Assembly: GCA_965202845.1 (NCBI GenBank)
Contig: OZ241856.1
Span: 2,473,931 to 2,537,930, forward strand
DNA length: 64,000 nucleotides
Source of the DNA: Candidatus Marinacidobacterium sp.
GTDB taxonomy: Bacteria > Acidobacteriota > Vicinamibacteria > Marinacidobacterales > Marinacidobacteraceae
Reading direction: 5' to 3'
Part shown: positions 28,117 to 36,285 of the stretch, piece after piece
Numbering within the stretch: position 1 is the stretch's first letter
How the letters are laid out: each line of letters begins with the position of its first letter
Made by a program: the position numbers and the translations under genes
Notes under the pieces: model-generated
Seen by the model: only the letters and a program-made list of their open reading frames with translations
What the model was told of the DNA's origin: nothing
Databases searched by the model: none

Positions 28117-28223
28117 GAGCGGTGACCTCCTTCTCTACCCATATATACACGCACGGGAAGCGATTTTGTCCCGCCACTTGCCCAAATTGTGGAAAACTCG
28201 GCGAAAAGAGGCCTTCCCTCCGG
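28117..28223 (-). promoter_or_regulatory. Conserved leader/promoter spacer of array unit 1
   Basis: On the coding strand: TTTTCCACAATTTGGGCAAGTGGCGGGACAAAATCGCTTCCCGTGCGTGTATATATGGGTAGAGAAGGAGGTCACCGCTCATG. It contains an AT-rich TATATAT box and a strong SD. It is repeated at 28836..28941 and 29467..29573, and in diverged form at 30144..30245. Confidence 0.35.
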
Positions 28224-28835
28224 TCAGCCGCCGCCCAGGAGCGCCGCGATCAGGCGTTCGAGGACCGGGCGCAGGAACGAGCCGACCACCAGCAGGGCGA
28301 GTCCGGCAGCCACCGCCACCCCGACTCCCACCTCGAATTTGCGGCGATGCGCCTCCCGCTCCAGCATCGCCCTGTTCTGGGCGCGGATCTCCAGCACCAC
28401 CTCCTTGAGATCGACGAGCTCTTCCCGCAACGCGGCGCGTTCGGCGGCGGCGCGCTCCTCGATCCGCTTCCGCTCCGCTGCCGCCTCGCGCAGACCGTCC
28501 GCGAGCTCCTTCCGCAGCGCGGTCTCGATCCGCTTCCGCTCCGCAGCCGCCTCCCTCTCGACCCGCTTCCGCTCCGCCGCCGCCTCGCGAAACCCCTCCC
28601 GGACCTGCTGCCGCAGATCCCCGATGTCCCGGCGATTCACATGAACCGCCTCCCGGAGACCGCCCATCTGCACATTGAGCCAATCGAGCCGGTCCAGCTC
28701 ATTGGGCCGACCCGAACGATCCGGCCGATCCGGGCCGCTCTGGCGCCCCGTCATCCGATCCCCTTCTGCATCGTGATCCCCAGTGTGCAACGCGGCGACA
28801 GCCGCGTCGGTTGGCTTCGTTGCGGGCGCACCCAT
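28224..28835 (-). CDS. Tail-anchored coiled-coil membrane protein, paralog 2 (203 aa)
   Basis: Same architecture as paralog 1, carrying both the extra 11-aa cassette (VEREAAAERKR) and the 29-aa insert (KELADGLREAAAERKRIEERAAAERAALR). Confidence 0.65.
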   Translation of the reverse strand: MGAPATKPTDAAVAALHTGDHDAEGDRMTGRQSGPDRPDRSGRPNELDRLDWLNVQMGGLREAVHVNRRDIGDLRQQVREGFREAAAERKRVEREAAAERKRIETALRKELADGLREAAAERKRIEERAAAERAALREELVDLKEVVLEIRAQNRAMLEREAHRRKFEVGVGVAVAAGLALLVVGSFLRPVLERLIAALLGGG

Positions 28836-28941
28836 GAGCGGTGACCTCCTTCTCTACCCATATATACACGCACGGGAAGCGATTTTGTCCCGCCACTTGC
28901 CCAAATTGTGGAAAACTCGGCGAAAGGAGGCCTTCCTCCGG
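28836..28941 (-). promoter_or_regulatory. Conserved leader/promoter spacer of array unit 2
   Basis: Near-identical copy of 28117..28223. Confidence 0.35.
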
Positions 28942-29466
28942 TCAGCCGCCGCCCAGGAGCGCCGCGATCAGGCGTTCCAGGACCGGGCGCAGGAACGAGC
29001 CGATCACCAGCAGGGCGAGTCCGGCAGCCACCGCCACTCCGACTCCCACCTCGAATTTGCGGCGATGCGCCTCCCGCTCCAGCATCGCCCTGTTCTGGGC
29101 GCGGATCTCCAGCACCACCTCCTTGAGCTCGGCGAGCTCTCCCCGCAACGCGGTCTCGATCCGCTTCCGCTCCGCCGCCGCCTCCCTCTCGACCCGCTTC
29201 CGCTCCGCCGCCGCCTCGCGAAACCCCTCCCGGACCTGCTGACGCAGATCCCCGATGTCCCGGCGATTCACCTGAACCGCCTCCCGAAGACCGCCCATCT
29301 GCACATTGAGCCAGTCGAGCCGGTCCAGCTCGTTGGGCCGATCCGAACGATCCGGCCGATCCGGGCCGCTCTGGCGCCCCGTCATCCGATCCCCTTCCGC
29401 ATCGTGATCCTCAGTGTACAACGCGGCGACGGTCGCGTCGGTTGGCTTCGTTGCGGGTTCACCCAT
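28942..29466 (-). CDS. Tail-anchored coiled-coil membrane protein, paralog 3 (174 aa)
   Basis: Same architecture, carrying only the 11-aa cassette. Confidence 0.65.
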   Translation of the reverse strand: MGEPATKPTDATVAALYTEDHDAEGDRMTGRQSGPDRPDRSDRPNELDRLDWLNVQMGGLREAVQVNRRDIGDLRQQVREGFREAAAERKRVEREAAAERKRIETALRGELAELKEVVLEIRAQNRAMLEREAHRRKFEVGVGVAVAAGLALLVIGSFLRPVLERLIAALLGGG

Positions 29467-29573
29467 GAGCGGTGACCTCCTTCTCTACCCATATATACAC
29501 GCACGGGAAGCGATTTTGTCCCGCCACTTGCCCAAATTGTGGAAAACTCGGCGAAAAGAGGCCTTCCCTCCGG
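29467..29573 (-). promoter_or_regulatory. Conserved leader/promoter spacer of array unit 3
   Basis: Near-identical copy of 28117..28223. Confidence 0.35.
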
Positions 29574-30143
29574 TCAGCCGCCGCCCAGGAGCGCCGCGAT
29601 CAGGCGTTCCAGAACGGGGCGCAGGAACGAGCCGACCACCAGCAGGGCGAATCCGGCCGCCACCGCCACTCCAACTCCCACCTCGAATCTGCGGCGATGC
29701 GCCTCCCGCTCCAGCATCGCCCTGTTCTGGGCGCGGATCTCCAGCACCACCTCCTTGAGATCGACGAGCTCTTCCCGCAACGCGGCGCGTTCGGCGGCGG
29801 CGCGCTCCTCGATCCGCTTCCGCTCCGCTGCCGCCTCGCGCAGACCGTCCGCGAGCTCCTTCCGCAGCGCGGTCTCGATCCGCTTCCGCTCCGCTGCCGC
29901 CTCGCGAAACCCCTCCCGGACCTGCTGCCGCAGATCCCCGATGTCCCGGCGGTTCACCTGAACCGCCTCCCGGAGACCGCCCATCTGCACGTTGAGCCAA
30001 TCGAGCCGGTCCAGCTCGTTGGGCCGATCCGGCCGATCCGGGCCGTCCCGGCGCCCCGTCATCCGATCCCCTTCCGCATCGTGATCCTCAGTGTACAACG
30101 CGGCGACGGTCGCGTCGGTTGGCTTCGTTGCGGGCGCACCCAT
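29574..30143 (-). CDS. Tail-anchored coiled-coil membrane protein, paralog 4 (189 aa)
   Basis: Same architecture, carrying only the 29-aa insert. Confidence 0.65.
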   Translation of the reverse strand: MGAPATKPTDATVAALYTEDHDAEGDRMTGRRDGPDRPDRPNELDRLDWLNVQMGGLREAVQVNRRDIGDLRQQVREGFREAAAERKRIETALRKELADGLREAAAERKRIEERAAAERAALREELVDLKEVVLEIRAQNRAMLEREAHRRRFEVGVGVAVAAGFALLVVGSFLRPVLERLIAALLGGG

Positions 30144-30245
30144 GAACGGTGACCTCCTTTGCTACGTATACATACACGCACGGGAAGCCGTTTTGTTGCG
30201 TCGCTTTTCCAAATTGTGGAAAACTCGGCGAAGAAAGCCGAATTC
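30144..30245 (-). promoter_or_regulatory. Diverged leader/promoter region of array unit 4
   Basis: Same layout (SD, ATACATAC box, CCAAATTGTGGAAAACTCGGCGAA core) with several substitutions. Bounded by the stop of the dmpA-like gene. Confidence 0.3.
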
Positions 30246-31409
30246 TCAGTCTCCCCCTTCCGGCGGGTGGAGCCGGTTGTACTTGCGTCCCACCTCCAGC
30301 AGGTCGGAGAGCGGCAGCGCCTCCCGGCGGTTCCCGTCCCGCCCGACCACGGTGGTCGCCTTGAGCATGGAGTTGTAGACCGCCTCCTCGGTCGCTTCGA
30401 TCACTGCCTGGAAGAGCGGGGAGAGGGCGTCGCCGCGCAGGGTCCGGCCCGGCTCCAGGGGGTCCTCCGAATCGAAGCCGCTGCGGAGCGCGGGCGCGGT
30501 CGAAAAGGCGATCACGAAGTCGCCGCTGCCGTGCGAGGAGGTGGCGCCGGTGCGGGCCAGGCCGAGCATCGCCCGCCGCGCCAGCCGGGTCAGGCCGAGC
30601 GAGCGGATGGGGGCGTCGGTCGCCACCACCATCATGATCGACCCGTCCGGGTTCGAGGACCCGGCGTCCTCCGCCGCGTCCCGGAGGTAGTGCCGACCGA
30701 GCTCCTGGCCCACCGGCAAGCCGTCCATCGTGAGCACCCCGCCGTAGTTGCTCTGGACCAGCGCGCCCACCGTGTATCCGCCGAGCGAAGCCGGCAGCCG
30801 GCGCGAGGATGCGCCGATGCCGCCCTTCCAGCCGAAAGCCGATGTGCCGGTTCCGGCGCCCACCGACCCCTCTTCGACCGGGCCTTGGTTCGCGGCGCGG
30901 ATCGCCTCCAGGACGTGGCGCTCCTCCACGTGGAAACCGCGGATGTCGTTGAGGAAGCCGTCGTTGGTCTCCCCCACCACCGGATTCACCGAGCGCACCG
31001 CCTCGTTGCCCGGAGCGGCCAGGGTGTGGCGCGCCACCGCCCGGGCGGCGTCCCAGACCGAAAGGGTGTTGGTCAGCACCACCGGGGTCTCGATGGTCCC
31101 CAGCTCGATCACCTGGGCGGCGCCCACCAGCTTGCCGAAGGCGTTGCCGACGTGGATCGCGCCGGGAACCTTCTCCTGGAACAGGTTTCCGCCGTGCGGC
31201 AGGATCGCGGTGACGCCGGTGCGGACGCTCTCGCCCTCGATCAGGGTGACCTGCCCCACCCGGACGTCGGGGACGTCGGTGATCGAGTTCAACGGGCCGG
31301 GCGCCAGCACGCCGGGCGCCAGGCCGATGTCCCGGGCGCGGGGGCGCGGCTCCTGCCCGAATACGACAGCAGCAGCGATCCAAAAGCATGGAACGAGGAG
31401 GGAGCGCAT
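30246..31409 (-). CDS. P1/S58 family peptidase (DmpA-like L-aminopeptidase/D-esterase), secreted
   Basis: 387 aa with a signal peptide. GVTAILP, GETNDG and GAGTGT motifs of the DmpA/Ntn fold. Confidence 0.85.
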   Translation of the reverse strand: MRSLLVPCFWIAAAVVFGQEPRPRARDIGLAPGVLAPGPLNSITDVPDVRVGQVTLIEGESVRTGVTAILPHGGNLFQEKVPGAIHVGNAFGKLVGAAQVIELGTIETPVVLTNTLSVWDAARAVARHTLAAPGNEAVRSVNPVVGETNDGFLNDIRGFHVEERHVLEAIRAANQGPVEEGSVGAGTGTSAFGWKGGIGASSRRLPASLGGYTVGALVQSNYGGVLTMDGLPVGQELGRHYLRDAAEDAGSSNPDGSIMMVVATDAPIRSLGLTRLARRAMLGLARTGATSSHGSGDFVIAFSTAPALRSGFDSEDPLEPGRTLRGDALSPLFQAVIEATEEAVYNSMLKATTVVGRDGNRREALPLSDLLEVGRKYNRLHPPEGGD

Positions 31410-31465
31410 GGGAAACGCAAGAATACGGGAACCTTTCCGGAGGCGCCTTCGTAATCCTTCTTCCC

Positions 31466-32218
31466 ATGCCCCGCGCGCTCGCCCTCCTCGTCCTTTTCGC
31501 CGCCTCCGGGTGCTCGGCGTCCTTTCCCGGAGGGTCCGGTTCGGAAGAGACCCAGGTCTTCCGCGAGGACTTCCAGGACGGCGAAGCGTTCGAACTCCGC
31601 AACATCAACGGGAAGGTGCGGGTCGAAAGCTGGGAGGAGGCGGGCGCCGAAATCCACGCGCGCAAGGTCGCGGCGAACCCGGCGGCGCTCCGGGAGACCA
31701 CCGTCGAAATCCGCCGCACCGGCGACGGGCTGCGGGTGCGCACCCGCCACGCCAAGCGGTTCTTCGGACAGGGCGTCCGGGTGCACTACCGGGTGCGGCT
31801 GCCGGCCGCCGCCGAAGTCCGGATCGAAACCGTCAACGGACCGGTGGAGGTCGCCGGATTCTCCGGGCCGGTGGAGGCGCAGACAGTCAACAGCGGGATC
31901 CGGCTGGAGGGCCAGCGCGGGCGGGTCAACGCCAGGACGGTCAACGGCGCCATCGAATGCGAGCTGGAGGAGCTGGGCGCCGACCACTCCCTCCGCACGG
32001 TGAACGGACAGGTGGAACTGACCCTGGGGGCCGGCGCAAGCGGCGAGGTGGACGCGCAGGCGATGAACGGGAGGGTGCGGCTGGATCTGCCCGACGCCAC
32101 CAACCTGAAGACGCCGACCCGGCGCGGGAAGAAGGTGCGGCTGGGCGACGGCGACGGGGGCACCTGCCGCATCCGCACCATGAACGGGACGATCCGGGTG
32201 GCCAGCCGGGACGACTGA
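31466..32218 (+). CDS. DUF4097-like beta-repeat lipoprotein
   Basis: Lipobox LFAASGC after Met at 31466. Repeated V(N/T)G.(V/I) beta-strand units (NINGKVRVE, TVNGPVEV, TVNGAIEC, TVNGQVEL, MNGRVRL, MNGTIRV). Confidence 0.75.
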   Translation: MPRALALLVLFAASGCSASFPGGSGSEETQVFREDFQDGEAFELRNINGKVRVESWEEAGAEIHARKVAANPAALRETTVEIRRTGDGLRVRTRHAKRFFGQGVRVHYRVRLPAAAEVRIETVNGPVEVAGFSGPVEAQTVNSGIRLEGQRGRVNARTVNGAIECELEELGADHSLRTVNGQVELTLGAGASGEVDAQAMNGRVRLDLPDATNLKTPTRRGKKVRLGDGDGGTCRIRTMNGTIRVASRDD

Positions 32219-32253
32219 CGTTCGGCGGATAGGCTTCCCGGCGGCCGCCGCCC

Positions 32254-32373
32254 ATGCCAGAGCCTTCCCCACCCGAACGCGACGGGTTCGCCCGCCTGTA
32301 CGCGGCGGCGCTGGCGGTGGAGTTCCTCTTCTGCCTGCTGCTCCTGTGGTTCTCCGGGGCGTTCCGGGGCTGA
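32254..32373 (+). CDS. Putative 39-aa membrane peptide coupled to the symporter gene
   Basis: Own translation: MPEPSPPERDGFARLYAAALAVEFLFCLLLLWFSGAFRG. The TGA is immediately followed by the ATG of the SSS gene (TGAATG). It has one hydrophobic helix and is below the ORF-track size cut-off. Confidence 0.35.
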   Translation: MPEPSPPERDGFARLYAAALAVEFLFCLLLLWFSGAFRG

Positions 32374-34053
32374 ATGCAACTCCTGGACTGGGCCGTCGTC
32401 GCCGCCTACTTCGGGCTGATCGCCTTCATCGGGTACTGGACCGGGAGGGGCAACCGCGGCCTCGAGGACTACTTCCTGGCCAGGCGCTCCATGCCCTGGT
32501 ACGCGATGGGGCTTTCGGTGATGGCCACCCAGGCCAGCGCCATCACCCTGGTGGGGACCACCGGGCAGGCGTACGTGGACGGCATGCGCTTCCTCCAGAT
32601 CTATCTGGGGCTGCCGATCGCCATGGTGATCCTGTGCGTCACCCTGGTGCCGCTGTTCTACCGGGCGAAGGTCTTCACCGCCTACCAGTACCTCGAGGAA
32701 CGCTGCGGACCCAGGGCGCGGACCCTCACCAGCCTGCTGTTCCTGTTCGGCCGGGCGCTTTCGGGGGCGGTGGTGATCTACGCCCCTTCGGTGGTGCTGT
32801 CGGTGGTGTTCGCCCTCGACGAGACCTGGACGATCCTCATCATCGGCGGCTTCGCCACCGTGTACACCGCGCTCGGCGGGATGCGGGCGGTCATGTGGGT
32901 GGAGACCTGGCAGATGCTCATCATCCTGCTGGGCATCTGCTTCTGCCTCGGCTCGGTGATCTTCGGCCTGCCGGGGGAGGTGGGGCTCGGCGAGGCGCTC
33001 CGGCTGGCGGGCGCCACCGGAAGGCTGGAGACGCTCTCCTTCGACCCCGACCCCCGCCTCACCTACACCGTCTGGACCGGGATCCTCGGCGGGCTGTTCC
33101 TCATGCTCTCCTACTTCGGGTGCGACCAGAGCCAGGTGCAGCGCTACCTGACCGGCAAGTCGCTCGCCGAAAGCCGCCGCTCGCTGCTCTTCAACGCCTT
33201 CGCCAAGCTGCCGGTGCAGTTCGTGATCCTGCTGACCGGGGCGCTACTCTTCGTCTTCCACCAGTTCGAGCGGCCCCCCATCCTCTTCGACCCGGCGATG
33301 CTGGAGCGGGCGCGGGCGGAGCGCCCGGCGGAGATGGCGGAGACCGAAGCGCGCTATGAGGACGCCTTCCGGGAGCGGCGGGAGGCGGCGTTCGCCTTCG
33401 CCGACGCGGCGGAGGGCCGGGAGCGGTTCCTCGCCGCCAACGCCCGCTTCGAGGACGTGCGCGCCGACGCGGTGCGCGCCGTCTCCGAGATCCGGGGCGA
33501 ACCCTGGACCGACACGAACCACGTCTTCCCGAGCTTCGTGTTCAACCGGCTTCCGGCCGGGATGGTCGGGCTGATCCTGATCGCGGTGCTGGCGGCCGCC
33601 ATGTCCACTGTGGAGTCCGAGCTTTCGGCGCTCTCCACCGCCTCGGTGGTGGATTTCTACCGGCGCTTCCGACGAAAACCGGCTTCGGAGCGCCACTACC
33701 TGCGCGCCGGGCGGATCGGCATCCTGTTCTGGGGCGCGGTCGCCACCACCGCCGCGCTCTGGATGGGACGCCTGGGCTCGGCGGTGGAGGCGGTGAACCG
33801 GATCGGCTCCTTCTTCTACGGGCCGATTCTGGGCGCCTTCGTGCTGGCGGCCGCCTTCCCCGGACGCGGGGCGCGGCAGGCGTTCCCGGCGGTGCTCGCC
33901 GGGGTCGCGGCGGTCTGGATCGCCGACCTGACCCCGCGCGCGCTCGGAGTTCCCGGCGTCTCCTACCTCTACTACAACCTCATCGGCGCCGGGGTGACGG
34001 TCGCAGTGGGGCTGGGGCTGGGGGCGCTGCGGAAGCGGCAGACCGCCCGATGA
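32374..34053 (+). CDS. Sodium:solute symporter (SSS/SLC5) family transporter
   Basis: 559 aa polytopic protein. N-terminus DWAVVAAYFGLIAFIGYWTGR...YFLARRSMPWYAMGLS is typical of SSS. Confidence 0.9.
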   Translation: MQLLDWAVVAAYFGLIAFIGYWTGRGNRGLEDYFLARRSMPWYAMGLSVMATQASAITLVGTTGQAYVDGMRFLQIYLGLPIAMVILCVTLVPLFYRAKVFTAYQYLEERCGPRARTLTSLLFLFGRALSGAVVIYAPSVVLSVVFALDETWTILIIGGFATVYTALGGMRAVMWVETWQMLIILLGICFCLGSVIFGLPGEVGLGEALRLAGATGRLETLSFDPDPRLTYTVWTGILGGLFLMLSYFGCDQSQVQRYLTGKSLAESRRSLLFNAFAKLPVQFVILLTGALLFVFHQFERPPILFDPAMLERARAERPAEMAETEARYEDAFRERREAAFAFADAAEGRERFLAANARFEDVRADAVRAVSEIRGEPWTDTNHVFPSFVFNRLPAGMVGLILIAVLAAAMSTVESELSALSTASVVDFYRRFRRKPASERHYLRAGRIGILFWGAVATTAALWMGRLGSAVEAVNRIGSFFYGPILGAFVLAAAFPGRGARQAFPAVLAGVAAVWIADLTPRALGVPGVSYLYYNLIGAGVTVAVGLGLGALRKRQTAR

Positions 34054-35804
34054 TCCGGCGGCTGCTCCGGATCTACGACGCGCTGGCCGGCGCCGCCCGG
34101 CTGCTCGCATCCGCGGAGATCCGGCGCCATCCGGGGTTTTTCACCGCGCTCCACCTGGCGGTGGGGGCGACGGTTGGCGGCGCCATCGTCTGCTTCATCC
34201 TGGTGACCGAGGAACTCGCCGACTTCGTGGCCCACGGGGCGGAGCTCGGCGCCTGGCGGTACGCCGCGCCGGTGGCGGGCGCCCTGGTGTCCGGCGTGTT
34301 GATGTGGCGGTGGTTCGGGGAGGCCAGGGGCAGCGGGATTCCGCAGACCAAGGCGGCGCTGCTGGCGGGCGGCGGGCGCATCCCCTTTTCGGTGGTGATC
34401 GGCAAATTCCTGTGCGGCGGGCTGACCATCGGGAGCGGAATTCCGCTGGGGCGCGAGGGTCCCTCGGCCCAGATCGGCGCCGGAATCGCATCCACCTTCG
34501 GATCGTTCCTGAAGCTGGACGGCGAGCGGCGCCAGCAATTGGTGCCGGTGGGGACCGCGGCCGCCATCGCCGCCGCGTTCAACACCCCGATCGCCGCGAT
34601 CCTCTTCTCGCTCGAGGAGATCGTGGGGAACCTGCACGCGCGGGTTCTGGGGTCGGTGGTGCTGAGCGCGGTGGCGAGCTGGCTGGTGCTCCGGCTCTCG
34701 CTGGGCGACCAGCCGCTCTTCAAGGTGCCGCCCTACGAGCTCGGGCATCCGGCGGAACTCTTGATCTACGGGGCGCTCGGCCTGCTGGGCGGGCTGATGT
34801 CGGTGGCCTTCGTGCGGGCGCTGCTCCGGCTCCGCCGCGAGTTCCGCAAGCTCCCCGCCCGCACCGTCTGGCTCCAGCCGGCGATCGGGGCGTCGGCGGT
34901 GACCGCTTCCTGGCTGCTGCTCCCCGGCCTCTTCGAGGTCGGCTACGGGCCGGTGGGCCAGGCGCTCGCCGGCGAGCTGCCGACCCTGACGATGGCGATC
35001 CTCCTCGTGCTCCATCTCGCGCTGGTGGTCATCGCCTACGCCTCCGGTAACGCCGGCGGCATCTTCGGCCCCAGCATCTTTCTGGGCGCGATGTTGGGCG
35101 GGTGCGTCGGGGGGCTGGCGAATCTCTGGTTCGACTTCGCCAGCGGCCCCGGCGCCTATGCGCTGGTGGGGATGGGCGCCGCCTTCGCCGGCATCCTGCG
35201 GGCGCCGATGGCGTCGGTGTTCATGATCTTCGAGATCACCCAGAGCTACGCGGTCATCGTGCCGCTGATGATCGGCAACCTGGTCTCCTTCTTCGTCTCC
35301 CGGCGGCTGCAGCCGGTCACCGTCTACGAGGCGCTCGCCGCCCAGGACGGGGTGAGCCTGCCCGCCGGGGAGGAGGTCCACGAGCATCCGGTGGTGCGGG
35401 CCGCCATGCACCCGCCGCGCGAGATGCTGGTTCCCGAATGGACCGTGGAGGAGGCGATCGAGCGGGTGGCGCTTTCCGGCAGGCAGGCGTGGCCGGTGGT
35501 TCGCGGGTCGCGCCTCTTCGGCTTCGTGACGCTCGCCGAGCTGGAGCGTTCCCACGAATGGGGCCAGGGTCGGGAGACGCTCGGCGACCTGCTGCGCGGG
35601 CGGCGGGTTCCCCGGGTGTACGCCGACCAGTCCATCGACCACGCGCTGGCGCACATGGGGCGTCTCGGGCTCGAGTCCATCCCGGTGGTGAGCCGGGTGG
35701 ACGGGCGGCGGTTGGAGGGGGTGGTGACGGTGGCGGATCTGATGCGCGCCTACGGGCTCGCCGCTCCGGTGACGGAGGCGCCGCCCCGGGGGACTCCGGG
35801 ATGA
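34050..35804 (+). CDS. ClC family chloride channel/antiporter with C-terminal CBS pair
   Basis: GSGIPQ and GREGPSAQIG selectivity motifs. The C-terminal region is CBS-like. ATGA overlap with the upstream gene. Confidence 0.9.
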   Translation: MIRRLLRIYDALAGAARLLASAEIRRHPGFFTALHLAVGATVGGAIVCFILVTEELADFVAHGAELGAWRYAAPVAGALVSGVLMWRWFGEARGSGIPQTKAALLAGGGRIPFSVVIGKFLCGGLTIGSGIPLGREGPSAQIGAGIASTFGSFLKLDGERRQQLVPVGTAAAIAAAFNTPIAAILFSLEEIVGNLHARVLGSVVLSAVASWLVLRLSLGDQPLFKVPPYELGHPAELLIYGALGLLGGLMSVAFVRALLRLRREFRKLPARTVWLQPAIGASAVTASWLLLPGLFEVGYGPVGQALAGELPTLTMAILLVLHLALVVIAYASGNAGGIFGPSIFLGAMLGGCVGGLANLWFDFASGPGAYALVGMGAAFAGILRAPMASVFMIFEITQSYAVIVPLMIGNLVSFFVSRRLQPVTVYEALAAQDGVSLPAGEEVHEHPVVRAAMHPPREMLVPEWTVEEAIERVALSGRQAWPVVRGSRLFGFVTLAELERSHEWGQGRETLGDLLRGRRVPRVYADQSIDHALAHMGRLGLESIPVVSRVDGRRLEGVVTVADLMRAYGLAAPVTEAPPRGTPG

Positions 35805-36259
35805 TCGCGGTGATCCAGCGGGTGCGACGGGCGGCGGTCCGGGTTTCCGGGGAGACGGTCGGAGAGATCGGACCCGGGCTGCTGGCGCTGCTGGGAGTGG
35901 GGGTTCGCGACTCCCGGGAGGACGCGGCGTGGCTGGCCGGGAAGGTCGCAAGCCTCCGGGTGTTTCCTGGCCCCGACGGGACGCCGTCCCGCTTCAGCGT
36001 CCTGGAAACCGGGGGCGCGGCGCTGGTGGTCTCCCAGTTCACCCTGCTGGGCGACTGCCGGAAGGGGCGCCGCCCGTCGTTCTCCCGCGCCGCCCCCGGG
36101 CCCCGGGCGGAGGCGCTCTATCTCGATTTCTGCGAGCGGCTCGCCGCGACCGGGACGCCAGTCGAACGGGGGGTGTTCGGCGCCATGATGGAGGTCTCGC
36201 TGGTGAACGACGGGCCGTTCACCCTGCTGGTCGAAAGCCCGGACCGGCCGGTGGGATAA
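35801..36259 (+). CDS. dtd: D-aminoacyl-tRNA deacylase
   Basis: MIAVIQRVRRAAVRV...SQFTLLGDCRKGRRPSF...NDGPFTLL is the canonical Dtd pattern. ATGA overlap. Confidence 0.9.
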   Translation: MIAVIQRVRRAAVRVSGETVGEIGPGLLALLGVGVRDSREDAAWLAGKVASLRVFPGPDGTPSRFSVLETGGAALVVSQFTLLGDCRKGRRPSFSRAAPGPRAEALYLDFCERLAATGTPVERGVFGAMMEVSLVNDGPFTLLVESPDRPVG

Positions 36260-36285
36260 CCTTCCCCGGCGAGGTGCCCCCCCTC

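Larger units (their letters stand above)
27634..30245. repeat. Tandem array of four gene-plus-leader units (about 590-720 bp each)
   Basis: The near-identical blocks start with TCAGCCGCCGCCCAGGAGCGCCGCGATCAG at 27634, 28224, 28942 and 29574, and end with GGCGCACCCAT (GGTTCACCCAT in unit 3) at 28116, 28835, 29466 and 30143. Spacers of 106-107 bp are also conserved. Confidence 0.9.

Noticed and set aside
28150-28200. Possible sigma-54 promoter (TGGCGGG...TCGC) in the array leaders.
   Set aside because: The spacing and the -12 element do not fit TGGCAC-N5-TTGC.
28122-30152. Plus-strand mirror ORFs across the tandem array (28122..28844, 28783..29475, 29472..30152), with a CPATCPNCGK Cys cluster at their N-termini.
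   Set aside because: They are codon-aligned antisense to the minus-strand genes, so GC3 does not discriminate between the strands. The products are Leu/Pro/Arg/His-rich, as expected for the complement of a Glu/Arg/Ala coiled coil. They lack an SD or ATG (GTG starts), and the Cys cluster falls in the spacer. The minus-strand genes have ATG, a GGAGG SD, a coherent coiled coil and a TM segment. This is not fully excluded without conservation data.
27634-30245. Regular repeat spacing that might suggest a CRISPR array.
   Set aside because: The units are 590-720 bp, are coding, and have no short repeat/spacer alternation. No cas genes are present in the window.
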